Source: Thecamonas trahens ATCC 50062 (Eukaryota > Protista > Apusomonadida). Taken from it: 64,000 bases of DNA. Location: assembly GCF_000142905.1 (NCBI RefSeq), contig NW_013657679.1:188657-252656 (forward strand), in the 5' to 3' direction. Made by a program: the position numbers and the translations under genes. Below, piece by piece: positions 1 to 10,174 of the stretch. The first letter of the stretch is position 1. Each line of letters opens with the position of its first letter. The notes under the pieces are model-generated. The model was not told the origin of the DNA and ran no database searches. It saw only the letters and a program-made list of their open reading frames with translations.

Positions 1-68
1 GCCTGGGCGTGGTGATCGGCGCGGCCGCTGTCGGCGCAGCCGCCCTCGTTGTGTATCTGTTTGTTTAG
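1..68 (+). CDS. 3' end of a gene entering the window; C-terminal hydrophobic (tail-anchor-like) segment
   Basis: Frame from nt 3 reads LGVVIGAAAVGAAALVVYLFV then TAG at 66-68. Confidence 0.5.
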   Translation, partial: LGVVIGAAAVGAAALVVYLFV

Positions 69-82
69 AGCTCACACAGCGA

Positions 83-526
83 TCAGATAAAGACGCCTCC
101 GTAGTCCTCAAGCAGGCGAGCCTCCTGCGAGTCCTTGAGCGCGTCGGCAGTGAGAGCGAGCGCGGCGTCTTTGTCGAGCGAGCCACAGAGGGCGACAAAG
201 GCTGCGTACACGGCAAGCCGCTGTCCCGACAGGCCGTGGCGCGGACCGCGCGACGGGGCCAACTCCAGCTCGTCCTTGGGCTCCATGACCAGCGCACCTT
301 CATCATCATTATCATCGACCAGCTCTTCCAGCTCCAGCCGCCTCCCTCCGGCTGTCTCTTCACCCCGAATGGCTCCGCCAAGCCTCCGAGCCGACGGACT
401 CGCAGTTGCCGCCGCCCCAGCCCGTGCCCTCCCGCCGCCTGTTCCCCTCCGGCTCGTGCTCCGACGGCCTGACGACCGCGGTCGACTTGGAATACGCCCT
501 GGTGTTGCAGTGGTTAGCCGTGGCAT
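83..526 (-). CDS. Hypothetical protein, 147 aa (basic N-terminus, acidic middle)
   Basis: ATG-started ORF filling the space between convergent and divergent neighbours; no family motif recognised. Confidence 0.5.
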   Translation of the reverse strand: MPRLTTATPGRIPSRPRSSGRRSTSRRGTGGGRARAGAAATASPSARRLGGAIRGEETAGGRRLELEELVDDNDDEGALVMEPKDELELAPSRGPRHGLSGQRLAVYAAFVALCGSLDKDAALALTADALKDSQEARLLEDYGGVFI

Positions 527-601
527 GGCAAGTGGAGTGTGGGGGAGAGGAGAGGGGGGCGAGGGGGGAGGGGGGCGAAGACGCAGGCGTTTGATCGGCA
601 G

Positions 602-643
602 CCTTGATCAAGCACCGCTTGATCAAGCGGTGTTTGATCAAGG
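602..643. promoter_or_regulatory. 42-bp near-perfect palindrome with three TTGATCAA units in a divergent promoter
   Basis: TTGATCAA at 604, 619 and 634 (15-bp period); 20 of 21 pairs complementary about the 622/623 centre. Confidence 0.6.
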
Positions 644-745
644 GCGATGACGAGGTGGAAGCCAGCCAAAAGCAGCTCACACATACTCGTGGCGGTACAG
701 AGACGACGACGGCTAGACTCATCTCTTATCAACTCTCAACAGGAA

Positions 746-2014
746 ATGACATTGTGGCAGAGAGCGGGCGCAGTGGTGGGCGCGATGGCGGTAGTGGGCG
801 GGTCTATGGCGGCGGCAGCCTGGGCTGTCCGTAGAGTCCGGTTGAGCGCGTGGCGTGGTGAAGCGGCTGTGACCGACGAGCGTGGTCAGTATCTGCTGTC
901 GGTGCCAGAGATCGCTGGTGCTGTGGCTGAGGCGGTGACGGATGTCGATAGCGCTGATGATGCCTCCAAGCTGCGGGCGCGGAGGCTGTCGGGCGGCATG
1001 TCGAACTTTCTCTTTGTCCTCCTCGAGGCCTCGGACGGCTCTGTCGTCGGCCTGATGCGAGTGTACGGCGCTGGCGCCGACGCCACGGTCGTCCGCGCCG
1101 ACGAGGGTGCCGTCTTTGGTGCGCTCTCAGACGCCGGCCTTGGCCCGGCGCTGTTAAGCGAGTGGGCCGGCGGGCGGATCGAAGCCTTTGTCGCCGGCAC
1201 GCCCGTGGAGTCGCGGACGCTCGGCCGGCCCGAGTCGGCGAGCCTTCTCCGCGAGATCCTCGCCAAGGTGGCGGCGATGCACAAGCTGGTCATTCCCAGC
1301 GGGCTCAGCTCATCGTCACTTGCAGGCGTCGAGAACTCGATGCTCTTCCACCAACTCGGCAGCTGGCTCGGGCAGCTGGAGGAGGCAGCGCAGGAGGGGC
1401 GCAAGGTCAACGAGCAGCGGCGGCTGCTGCTGACGCTGCCAGACATGCCTGTTTCGATCGAGCTGCGAGCGCTGCGCGACCACGTCGAGTGGCTCGAGGC
1501 CAAGTGGCGGGCCATGGACGGCGTTCGCATGGGCCTCTGCCACAACGACCTGCACGGCGGCAACATCATGGCAACCGCCGACGACGAGGTTGTCCTCATC
1601 GACGTCGAGTACGCTGGGTACTCGATGGTCGGTGTCGACCTTGGCAACATGGCGTGCGAGATGATGCACTCGTACGAATGCGAGAACCACCCGGGCTTTG
1701 TCGTCCGGGCCGACGAGTTTCCATCGCCCGAGACCCGCGCCGCCATGGTGGCGTGCTACCTTGACGCTGCCGGCGAGAGCAGCAACGATGCCGCCGTCGC
1801 TGCTCTCATGGCGCAGGTCGATCTCGGCATCCTCTCCTCGCACCTCATGTGGGCGCTGTGGTCGTTTATCCAGGCGCGGACGTCGGACATTGCCTACGGC
1901 TACACCGCGTACGGCCTGCAGCGGCTCGACCAGTTTGTCCACGGCCGCAAGGCCAGCACAGCCGCCGACGCGGCAGCCAAGGCCGCGCTCGCGAGCGAGG
2001 CCGACAGCGAGTAA
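746..2014 (+). CDS. Choline/ethanolamine kinase
   Basis: LSGGMSN loop, RVYG, Brenner motif CHNDLHGGNIM, IDVEYAG, SHLMWALWS; hydrophobic N-terminus; first ATG at 746. Confidence 0.9.
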   Translation: MTLWQRAGAVVGAMAVVGGSMAAAAWAVRRVRLSAWRGEAAVTDERGQYLLSVPEIAGAVAEAVTDVDSADDASKLRARRLSGGMSNFLFVLLEASDGSVVGLMRVYGAGADATVVRADEGAVFGALSDAGLGPALLSEWAGGRIEAFVAGTPVESRTLGRPESASLLREILAKVAAMHKLVIPSGLSSSSLAGVENSMLFHQLGSWLGQLEEAAQEGRKVNEQRRLLLTLPDMPVSIELRALRDHVEWLEAKWRAMDGVRMGLCHNDLHGGNIMATADDEVVLIDVEYAGYSMVGVDLGNMACEMMHSYECENHPGFVVRADEFPSPETRAAMVACYLDAAGESSNDAAVAALMAQVDLGILSSHLMWALWSFIQARTSDIAYGYTAYGLQRLDQFVHGRKASTAADAAAKAALASEADSE

Positions 2015-2039
2015 AAGGCGAGGCCCGGCTGCAACAGAG

Positions 2040-3248
2040 CTACGGCTTGGTCGGGATGACGATGGAGAGCTTGCGCTTGCCGCCGGGCTTGCGGAGACCG
2101 GCAGCAGGCGCGAGTGGCGGCGGCGCCGCAGACCGCGTGTCTCGTGCAGCCATGACGTCTTGGTCCTCAAGGGCGGTGAGGGTGGCAGTCCACTCGGCAA
2201 TGCGGAGCGCCATCTTGTCCTCGAGCGACTCCTCGGCGAGAGGCTCCGACGGCACGGCTTCAGGATCGTCGACCGCCACAAACATGTCCTCGAGCGGCGG
2301 CGCCGCCGGATCGATGGGTGTGGCCGGGAGCGTCGGAAGCGGACCGGCAAAGGCAGGCTGACCGGCGCTCACCGCGCCGACAGGCGTGGGCTGGCTCTCG
2401 GGAAATACAGCATCCATGATAGCAGCAAGGTTGCGGTGGCCAGGAGTAAAGACTTGCGAGGTCGGCGAGAGGACATCGTTGTCGATGACTGCATTGTAGT
2501 GGCCATTCGACTTGCACAGCAGAATGACCGGCTGGTGGCCCTCGTTGTAGACCTGCAGCGAGGTGGTGGTGTACGCATCATACACAACGACCGTCACCCG
2601 AAAGTGGTGCGCAAGCGCAGAGAGCTCAGGCTCGCCGCCCCACGTTTTGAGCTTGCTCATCTGGTCGAGGTACTCTTCAAACGACGAGTCAACCTCGGCC
2701 TCACAAAACGGCGCAAAGAGCTCCGAGTGCTTCCGCATGTGGTCGCAGGCGATGGCCCTCAGCTCGGCGTGCTTGCCCTGACCCCAGCCCGGAAGCTGGA
2801 AGCCAAACGAGCGAAAGAGGCAGTTGCCATCCATAGCGATGCGATACACGGTGAGGCCGTGCGCCTCGAATCGCGATGTGATGTCTTTGGCCACGGTGAC
2901 CCGCGGCGTCGGCGCCGCCGGCCCACCCACGTCCGACGACGGCAGCCACTTGGCCCGCGCCTCGGGCGCCTTGGTCCGGTATGTTTTGGGCCGCGGGTCA
3001 AAGTTTGCCGTTTGCCGCGACGTCTCGCCGAACCGCGCATACACTGCCGACGCCGATGCGCCCGATGCCCCACTCTTGCCCGTGTACGAGCTCGCCGAGT
3101 CGTAGTACCCGCCGAGAGTTGTCGCCCCCCGCCCGCCCACACCCACGTGCCCTCCCACGAGTCCTCCCGCAGGTCCTTGCCGACCCGAGCTCCTGCCGCC
3201 ACCCGCCATGCGTCCCGCTCCATACCCGTAGCCACCGTACCCGTACAT
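2040..3248 (-). CDS. OTU-domain deubiquitinase
   Basis: DGNCLFRS (catalytic Cys), WGGEPEL, GHYNAV (catalytic His); likely start MYGYGG at 3248. Confidence 0.88.
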   Translation of the reverse strand: MYGYGGYGYGAGRMAGGGRSSGRQGPAGGLVGGHVGVGGRGATTLGGYYDSASSYTGKSGASGASASAVYARFGETSRQTANFDPRPKTYRTKAPEARAKWLPSSDVGGPAAPTPRVTVAKDITSRFEAHGLTVYRIAMDGNCLFRSFGFQLPGWGQGKHAELRAIACDHMRKHSELFAPFCEAEVDSSFEEYLDQMSKLKTWGGEPELSALAHHFRVTVVVYDAYTTTSLQVYNEGHQPVILLCKSNGHYNAVIDNDVLSPTSQVFTPGHRNLAAIMDAVFPESQPTPVGAVSAGQPAFAGPLPTLPATPIDPAAPPLEDMFVAVDDPEAVPSEPLAEESLEDKMALRIAEWTATLTALEDQDVMAARDTRSAAPPPLAPAAGLRKPGGKRKLSIVIPTKP

Positions 3249-3811
3249 AGTAAACACGGGTGGGTAATACTCGGTGTGAGGTGAGGTTGCGATTGGTGGG
3301 GGCGAGGGCAGGTGGGTGATCACGATCGCGATCATGATCAGGTTCGAGATCGGGATCAAGGACGTAGCCAGTCTCCATCATGAGCCCATCACCCTCTGAC
3401 AGTGATCAAACAGAGACGATTGAAGCAAATATAAAGCCTGGACTCGAGCGATGGTATGCAAGCCAGAGATCAGAGGCCCTGGAGGAGCGGGGGAGGGAGG
3501 GGAGGGAGGAGGGAAGGGAGAGGGGGGCGGCCGGCCATCCCGGAGAGGCCAACACCAGCAAGAACTAGAGGCGATTTTTTTTCCCCCTCTGAACGATGAG
3601 GGGGAACAGGGAAAGGAGGAAGGGGGGAAGGGGGGGGGTGGAGAAGGAAGGGTACACTCGTCGCACCAAGCTGAATAAGAGAGAGAGAGAGAGAAAAGCT
3701 AGGGCAAGGGTGACCAAGGTTATGTCGAGCATGAGCGCAGTGGCGTCGGCAGGGCAGGAGACAAAGAGCATGGTGGGTGGGGGACGAGGAGGTGGAGGTA
3801 GGGAAGGGGGT

Positions 3812-5956
3812 ATGGCCAACGGAGGGACGTCGCTGGCGGACGCCCTGTCGCTTATTGCAGCGAACCAGTACGACACCGAGGCGTGGACCAAGCTGCTAGC
3901 CGCCATCCAGCACCTTTCTGTTGACGACGCCCGCGAGCACTACGAGGCGTTCCTCAAGGTCTTCCCCACCGCTGGCCTGCAATGGATGCTGTACGCCAAA
4001 CATGAGGTTCGTGGCGGCGAACCGCTGCGGGCCGAGGCTATCTACGAGCGCGCTCTGCCGAACGTCCTGCACATGGACCTCTGGCTCTCGTACCTCGAGT
4101 ACGTGGAGGCGTCTGTGCCGGCGGCGGCGGCGGCGGCGGTGGCCGGGGGCGACGGCGAGGGCGCCGCGAACGAGGAGAGCAGCAAGGCGGCGGCGGCGGC
4201 GGCGGCGGCGACGGCGCGGGAAAAGGTTGTGGAGGCGTACGAGTTTGCAGTGGAGCACATGGGCTTCCACATTGCGGCGTCGGCCATCTGGACCAAGTAC
4301 ATTGCCTTTCTCAAGGCGACGCCGGCGATGGACGCAGGGCAGGTTGCCCGGCGGAACGAGGCTGTGCGCAAGGCATACCACCGGGCCATTGTCTCGCCCT
4401 CGCTCGGCATCGAGGCACTGTGGCAGGGCTACTCGACTTTTGAGAATGCGCTCAACGTGCAGCTGGCGGCGGCGATTCTCAACCAGCATGCGCGGTCGTA
4501 CATGGCGGCGCGGTCTGCGCTCGCCGGCATGCGCAACGCCATGTCGGGCATTGCCACGTCAGGCCTCCCGCTGCCGCCGTCGACCTCGCCCAAGGCCATC
4601 AACCTGGTGGCGGCGTACCGGCGGTGGGTGGCGTTCGAGTGCGAGAACCCGCTCTCGCTCGACGAAGCCATGCTCCAGCGCCGGGTGGCGTTTGCCTATA
4701 ACCAGGCGCTTCTCGACCTCTACTACTACTCGGAGCTCTGGTTCGAGGCGCATGTCTACTTTCGCAACGCCGGCGACGAGGGCCTCGCCACGGCCTTTCT
4801 TCAGCGCGGCACGCTGGCGCAGCCGGGCAACCAGCTGCTGGCGTACGCGTACGCGGCGCATTGCCAGTCGCTCGGAACCGAGGCGGCCCACGCCGCGGCG
4901 CGCGACTGCTACGAGGCGCTGCTGAAGGCTACCGACGCGCCGCTGGCGTACATCCAGTACATGCGCTTTGCCTGGCGCTGCCTCTCGGAGCGTGCAGCGC
5001 GGCAGATTTTCAAGCGCGCCCGCGCTTCGCCGTCCTGCACCTACCACGTCTACATTGCCGCCGCGCTTTCTGAGTTCCACTTTACCAAGGACCTCGGCAT
5101 TGCTGTCCGCATCTTTGAGGCCGGCATGGAAAAGTACGGGACCGAACCCGAGTACGTGCTCGCGTACCTCGACCACCTCACGCATCTCAATGACGAGTCT
5201 GCGGCACGCTCGGTTTTCGAGCGGTCGCTGGCGGCGATTCCGTCCGCCAAGGCGAAGCAGGTCTGGGGCGCGTATGTCCAGTTTGAGTCGATGCGCGGCG
5301 ACGTGGGCGCCGTCAACGCACTCCTCGCCCGCCGCGCCGCAGCCGCAGCCGCCGCAGCAGACACGGTCACCGACGCCGAACTTGACGTCCACGAGCCGGA
5401 CTCGCTCCTCGAGCAGGCCGCGCGGTTCCGGTTCATGGACCTCTACCCGCTCTCGGCGGCGCAGACGAGCGTCGTCGCCGCCAACGAGGCCGCCAAGGCC
5501 GCCGCGTCCAAGGCTGCCGCGTCGCGCTCACGGACGAGGTCACGGGCCGGACGGACCGCCAACCCGGAGCTTGCGCTTGAGCGATCCAAGCCCAAGCCGC
5601 TGACCGGGACCATGGCTCCGTTCTCGCCGGCCGGCGCCGACACCTCCAAGATGCCGGTCTGGCTCCAGGAGCTCACCCTCCTCCTCCCGCTGCCGACCAA
5701 CTTTACTGCGCCGCTCGTCAACGTCCCGTTCCTCGTCAAGACGCTCACCGGCCTTGACGCCGTGCCCAAGGCCGGGCCCAACGCGGCTGTGATCCCGGGC
5801 CGGTCAGCCTCGGGCGCCTCGGCCGGCGCCGCAGCCGTCGTCGCAGCTGCCAAGAAGCGCAAGCGCGCGGCCGGTACCGTCGGTGCTCCGGCTGTCGAGT
5901 CGGCCACCCACTCGGATGTCTTCCGTGCCCGCCAGCTGAAGAAGCTCAAGAAGTAA
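3812..5956 (+). CDS. CSTF3: Cleavage stimulation factor 77 kDa subunit (Suf/Rna14 HAT repeats)
   Basis: YDTEAW, FPTAGLQW, ECENPL, RVAFAYNQAL, ARQIFKRAR, HVYIAAALSEF, RIFEAGMEKYG, DVFRARQ C-terminus. Confidence 0.92.
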   Translation: MANGGTSLADALSLIAANQYDTEAWTKLLAAIQHLSVDDAREHYEAFLKVFPTAGLQWMLYAKHEVRGGEPLRAEAIYERALPNVLHMDLWLSYLEYVEASVPAAAAAAVAGGDGEGAANEESSKAAAAAAAATAREKVVEAYEFAVEHMGFHIAASAIWTKYIAFLKATPAMDAGQVARRNEAVRKAYHRAIVSPSLGIEALWQGYSTFENALNVQLAAAILNQHARSYMAARSALAGMRNAMSGIATSGLPLPPSTSPKAINLVAAYRRWVAFECENPLSLDEAMLQRRVAFAYNQALLDLYYYSELWFEAHVYFRNAGDEGLATAFLQRGTLAQPGNQLLAYAYAAHCQSLGTEAAHAAARDCYEALLKATDAPLAYIQYMRFAWRCLSERAARQIFKRARASPSCTYHVYIAAALSEFHFTKDLGIAVRIFEAGMEKYGTEPEYVLAYLDHLTHLNDESAARSVFERSLAAIPSAKAKQVWGAYVQFESMRGDVGAVNALLARRAAAAAAAADTVTDAELDVHEPDSLLEQAARFRFMDLYPLSAAQTSVVAANEAAKAAASKAAASRSRTRSRAGRTANPELALERSKPKPLTGTMAPFSPAGADTSKMPVWLQELTLLLPLPTNFTAPLVNVPFLVKTLTGLDAVPKAGPNAAVIPGRSASGASAGAAAVVAAAKKRKRAAGTVGAPAVESATHSDVFRARQLKKLKK

Positions 5957-5961
5957 GCAAG

Positions 5962-8506
5962 CTAGCAGATGATCTGTTTCGTAAAACGGATACTCGAAGA
6001 GAGTGAGCCCCCACCCCATCTGGGGGGGGGGGGGAGAGAGAGAGAGCGAAGACCGGGGCAGTCCAGTCGCTCAGCACAGTGCCTGCTGCGACCGGCGATT
6101 ACTCTGTGACGTGCGCAGACTTTGACGGGGACGGGTTTGTCGACGTGGCCACGGCGTACGACAACATCCACGTTCGACGCAATGACCTTGAAAAACAGCG
6201 ACGCCAGCCCGCCTTGCCGCTGCTTGTCGAGTCGGGCCCACGGGTCGCGACACCGGCTGCCGTCGTGCTCTTCCCCTTCCGAGTCGGCCGCCGCGGCAAC
6301 CGCGAGCGCAGAGCAGGTGGCAATGACCTCGGCTTCTCGCCCACGCAAGAGCGAGACAAGAGCCACGGCTTCGTTGAGGCTAATGTCGGCGACGCAGTAC
6401 CCGGTGATGAGGGAGAAGACGGCAGCAAACGCGATGTCAACCACCTGCTCGACCGAGAGTGTGGCGGCAGCATCGCGCAGAGCCACTGCAGTCGTCCACA
6501 TGGAACGCTGTGCCGCCAACACCAGCTCGTCAGCACACGCCGCAGGTCCTGCCTCGACAGCAGCGACAACCCTGTTCATCTGCCACGCTGACAGGCGCTC
6601 GGGAACGACATGCTCTGGCAGGGGCGGGGAGAGGATTTTGGCGAGCTCGGCGGGAGAAAAGCCTGCGGCCGAGGCGGTGGTAAGAGCGAGGCCGACGTTT
6701 GCGCCGCCAGCGCTGACCGCAGCTTGGAGGAACGAGACGTACACGGGGCGGTAGACGTCGAGGAAGCCAGGGAGGCCGACGAGGTGCGGAGCGACGGCAA
6801 ACGACGTACGGGGCTGGCCGTTGTTCAGCGACCGGACCATCGCCATGCCCATCCGCAGCATCGCGCGCTCGCTGCCCGCGGTCGACGCCACCGCAGCTGC
6901 GACGTCGACGCCACTCGCAAGCACTGCGTCGATGAGTGCCACCGAGTCGGCAGTGATGGCGTCCAGGAGCACGGTGACCACCATGTCGGGGGTGACCCCG
7001 TCGGTGCGGGCCAGCAGGCGCTGCAACGCGGCGGCTTGGCCAAAGGAAGTGGCCGCCTGGACAGCTGCCGGGACATGCTCCGTGGCGACAACAATGTCGC
7101 GGCGGAGTTCGAGGAGGAGGCTGACCAGCCACGCGGTTCTGGGCAAGGTTGCGCGTGAGCGCACGATGAGGCCATCAAAGGCAGCCTGTGCGGCGCGCAG
7201 CGAGACGTGCGGGATGATGCGCATGAGCGTAAGCTGGCCTCCGCCAAAGCCGGTACGCTGGCCTCCGCCAAAGCCGCCAAAGCCGGTACGCTGGCCTCCG
7301 CCAAAGCCGGTACGCTGACCTCTGCCAAAGCCGGTCGCAACGTGCGAGCGATCGTCGTCCATGATGGTTGCGAAGACGGCGTCAGCGACGGCCGGGTCGG
7401 CGAGGTCGACCGAGCGGAGGAGCGAGGACGGGAACGGCGGGTCGGCGGTGACAAACGCGGTCGACCAGGCTGGCGTGAGCGGGGTGAGACGCTCGGCCAC
7501 AGCAGCAAAGACGGCGGCGTCGAGGAGAGAGTCGGGGTCGAGGATAGCGAGGGCCGACCACAACGCAAGCTCGCACGCCTCAGCGTTGTTTGCAAGGTGG
7601 TCGTCAAGGCCGAGGTCAAGGACGGCAAGGACGGTGTCGAGTGGAGCCGACGTGATGATGTCCGGAAGAAAGTCGAGCGAGATGGAGGAAAGTGCCGACG
7701 GGTCGGAGAGGTGGGCGAGCTGGTCGGTGGGCGTGTCAGCAGTGTTGTCGGCAGGGTTGTCGGGCGCGGAAGGATGCCAGTCCTCGGACTCGTCGTCCGC
7801 CTTGCGCCGTCCGCGCCGCACCAGCCCGGCAGGGACGATCCGCAGCTCAATCGTGCGTGTGGCGTGAAGGCGGCGGACGAGATCGCGGATCGGGGCGGCC
7901 AGGTTGGCGTCGTCGGCAAACTCGATGATGGGTGGCTCACCTCCTTCGATGGTGCGCAGCTCGGCGAGCCGCCCTCCAACGCCTTCGGCAAGCTCGATGG
8001 TCACCAGAGAGATGAGCTCGGCCGGGGCGATCGGCGATGTCGGCGAGGATGGCGACGTAGTCGTCCGTGCAGCCGTCCGTGAGCGTACCCGCAGCAAAGT
8101 CGGGCACGTAAAGCTCGGCGAGGGCAGCAAAGGCGTCCGGAGCGTGTTGGCGGATGGCGCCCAAAGCGTCGTGTCCGCACGAGGACGTGAGGAGCGAGAT
8201 CGCGCGAGGGATCGTCCGGCGTGCGGCGACAATCCACCTGTTCTTAAACGCGACGAGGGCAGCGGCGTCGACGACGTCCGGCGGAAGCGTGGGGATGACT
8301 GTGGGGGTGCATGCGGTGAGCGAACGAGCGGCGAGGGCGTAGAGGGGGTCGTTAGACCCGCCGGTGTTTGTGTTGTCGGCGACCAGCCAGCGGAGAGAGC
8401 GGGTGGTGAGCGCGAGGGCGAGGATCGACGAAGGTGGGAGGTAACCGCGGCGGACCATCGTCTGCAGGACCTCCCCCGGAACGTCGGTGAGCGTGAGGGC
8501 GGACAT
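5962..8506 (-). CDS. Lineage-specific protein with F-box-like N-terminus and helical repeats; frameshift near 8025 (error or pseudogene)
   Basis: MSALTLTDVPGEVLQTM..L...ILALALTTRSL is F-box-like; the protein-like frame switches from DIADR to PAELISLV at a GGGG run; 3' end uncertain. Confidence 0.55.
6094..6190 (+). pseudogene. Isolated FG-GAP/VCBS-like Ca-binding repeat remnant
   Basis: Translates GDYSVTCADFDGDGFVDVATAYDNIHVRRND (DxDGDGxxD); no ATG-started host gene. Confidence 0.5.
7233..7335. repeat. 24-bp coding minisatellite (about 4 copies) encoding GFGGGQRT on the minus strand
   Basis: Unit gctggcctccgccaaagccggtac repeated, with one 9-bp internal duplication. Confidence 0.9.
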
Positions 8507-8619
8507 GGTCAAAACGCACAGGGTGTGGATGCGGTGCGGAGACGAGTGCCCAAGCCGCTGCGGTTTGCAGTGGTCGTTCTTCGTACTCGGCCCGGGAGAG
8601 GAAGCAGAGAAAGCGTGAG

Positions 8620-9240
8620 GGACGCGAAGCCGACGGTCATGATCCAGCACTCTACATCGGCCTGGAGCCTACCGAGCCGTTTGCATTTCTGCATGTCCTG
8701 TTCGAGGCCCACTTTGTTCAGCAGGGTAACGCTGCTGACATCCACACACTCGCCCGCGGGGTACATTGAGCAGGTTGACGCCATCGAAACCGCCCTCGCC
8801 CCTGCCTCTGCATCTGCATCGACTGCGGCGTCGAGAACGCGTGATTTCCTGTGATTTCCCTGTTTCGTCGGCATTGGCCAACGGCGCCAACCGCCTCCGC
8901 GCCAAGCTCTGCGGCTACCACAACCGGCATGGCGCATTGCTGACTGATGCTGGTTACGGCAAAACTCCTCCGAGGTGACCGCCTGGCCATCCGCCGCCTC
9001 GAAGCGATCCACGACGCTCGTCTCGACCCTTCCCATCTCGGCGGCGTCGTCCACAAGCTCGCGCACACGTACGAGAAACACGCTGGGCGGCTGGCCCGAA
9101 TTGTCGATGACAATGCTCACTTGCCGTCAATCAGCGCAAGCGACGCCGCTGTGGAGGCGACGAAGGCGTGGTACGCCGCTTTCTCGCTCATCCCGTCCAA
9201 GATCGACCTGGCCGCGTTTGATGACATGTCGAGGAGGAAG
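8620..9240 (+). pseudogene. Degraded gene fragments in shifting frames
   Basis: Protein-like stretches (HDPALYIGLEPTEPFAFLHVLFEAHF; GYIEQVDAIETAL; ALANGANRLRAKL; LHTYEK-like/AWYAAFSLIP segment) joined by frameshifts and a 10-bp tandem duplication at 8841-8860. Confidence 0.35.
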
Positions 9241-9287
9241 GGCGGTGGGGTGGAGAGGAAGGGGAAGCTCGTGCGTGCGGTACTTTG

Positions 9288-9983
9288 TCATGGCAGAACC
9301 GTCTTGAACCACTGCCCCGCCTGCCACCCTTCACGCGAGCGGGTGGGTGTCTGGGCGTCGTACAGGGACGGAGAAAACACAAATACAGGCAGGTTCTTCT
9401 CTATGGCAAAAAGCTTCAACATGTCGTCACAAGAGCAGCACGGCGTCTTCGAAATCCACATGGCCAGCACCGTCGGCTCCAACACTGCCTCGGCGAGAAT
9501 GACGAGCAGTTGCATCTCCGCATGCGGACGCTTCGATTTCCACTTTGCCCTGCGCGCCTTGTGCGACTTGCCCTTGAGCTCGGGAACCCCCTTCCAACCA
9601 GTGCAAGTTCTCAGACTTTGGAAGGACGACCTGAACCGCTTTGCCTCGGGGCCGTGGACGACGTTCGGCAAGAACAGGTGGCAAACACCATCCACAACGC
9701 GCAAGCAGTAGTTGGTTTCGCATGTGGGGGAACACGAACACGGTTTCGATCCCGAGAAGAACAGCACTTTGCTGACTTCGATATCGTCCTTCTTCATTGT
9801 GCCCTGGGCCAACTCCCCAATATCATAGTACATGGCAACTTTTTGCCGAAACACATTGCTGGACGTGGGGTCGAGGACGCTCAAGTCAACAGCATACACA
9901 TCTTTCTCCCCCCAGGTGACAGGGAACCCACTGTCGCCATGATCATCGCAATGTTCCCAGCCGAAAACACCGGTAGCCGCCAT
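9288..9983 (-). CDS. Zinc-dependent nucleic-acid/nucleotide deaminase, OTT_1508-like clade (231 aa)
   Basis: HAEMQLL followed about 20 aa later by WISKTPCCSC (HxE ... SK..CxxC); intronless, visibly more A/T-rich than neighbours. Confidence 0.75.
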   Translation of the reverse strand: MAATGVFGWEHCDDHGDSGFPVTWGEKDVYAVDLSVLDPTSSNVFRQKVAMYYDIGELAQGTMKKDDIEVSKVLFFSGSKPCSCSPTCETNYCLRVVDGVCHLFLPNVVHGPEAKRFRSSFQSLRTCTGWKGVPELKGKSHKARRAKWKSKRPHAEMQLLVILAEAVLEPTVLAMWISKTPCCSCDDMLKLFAIEKNLPVFVFSPSLYDAQTPTRSREGWQAGQWFKTVLP

Positions 9984-10174
9984 TCCAACGAGTGACGTGT
10001 GAGCACTGAGGTCTGAGAAGTCTGAGCACTGTGAGCAGGTCGAATGCCCAGGCACTGTTTGAGTCAATTTTGGGCTTGTTCGGACTCCAACAGCTCCAGC
10101 CGGAAACCCGAAGCCGTGCTTGTCCGACTCCGCCACTTTCATCCGCCCACACAGTCTTTGTCAGACACGTCTCA

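Noticed and set aside
1698-3284. Long Arg-rich overlapping ORFs here and throughout the track
   Set aside because: Off-frame or antisense products of high GC content, overlapping well-supported genes
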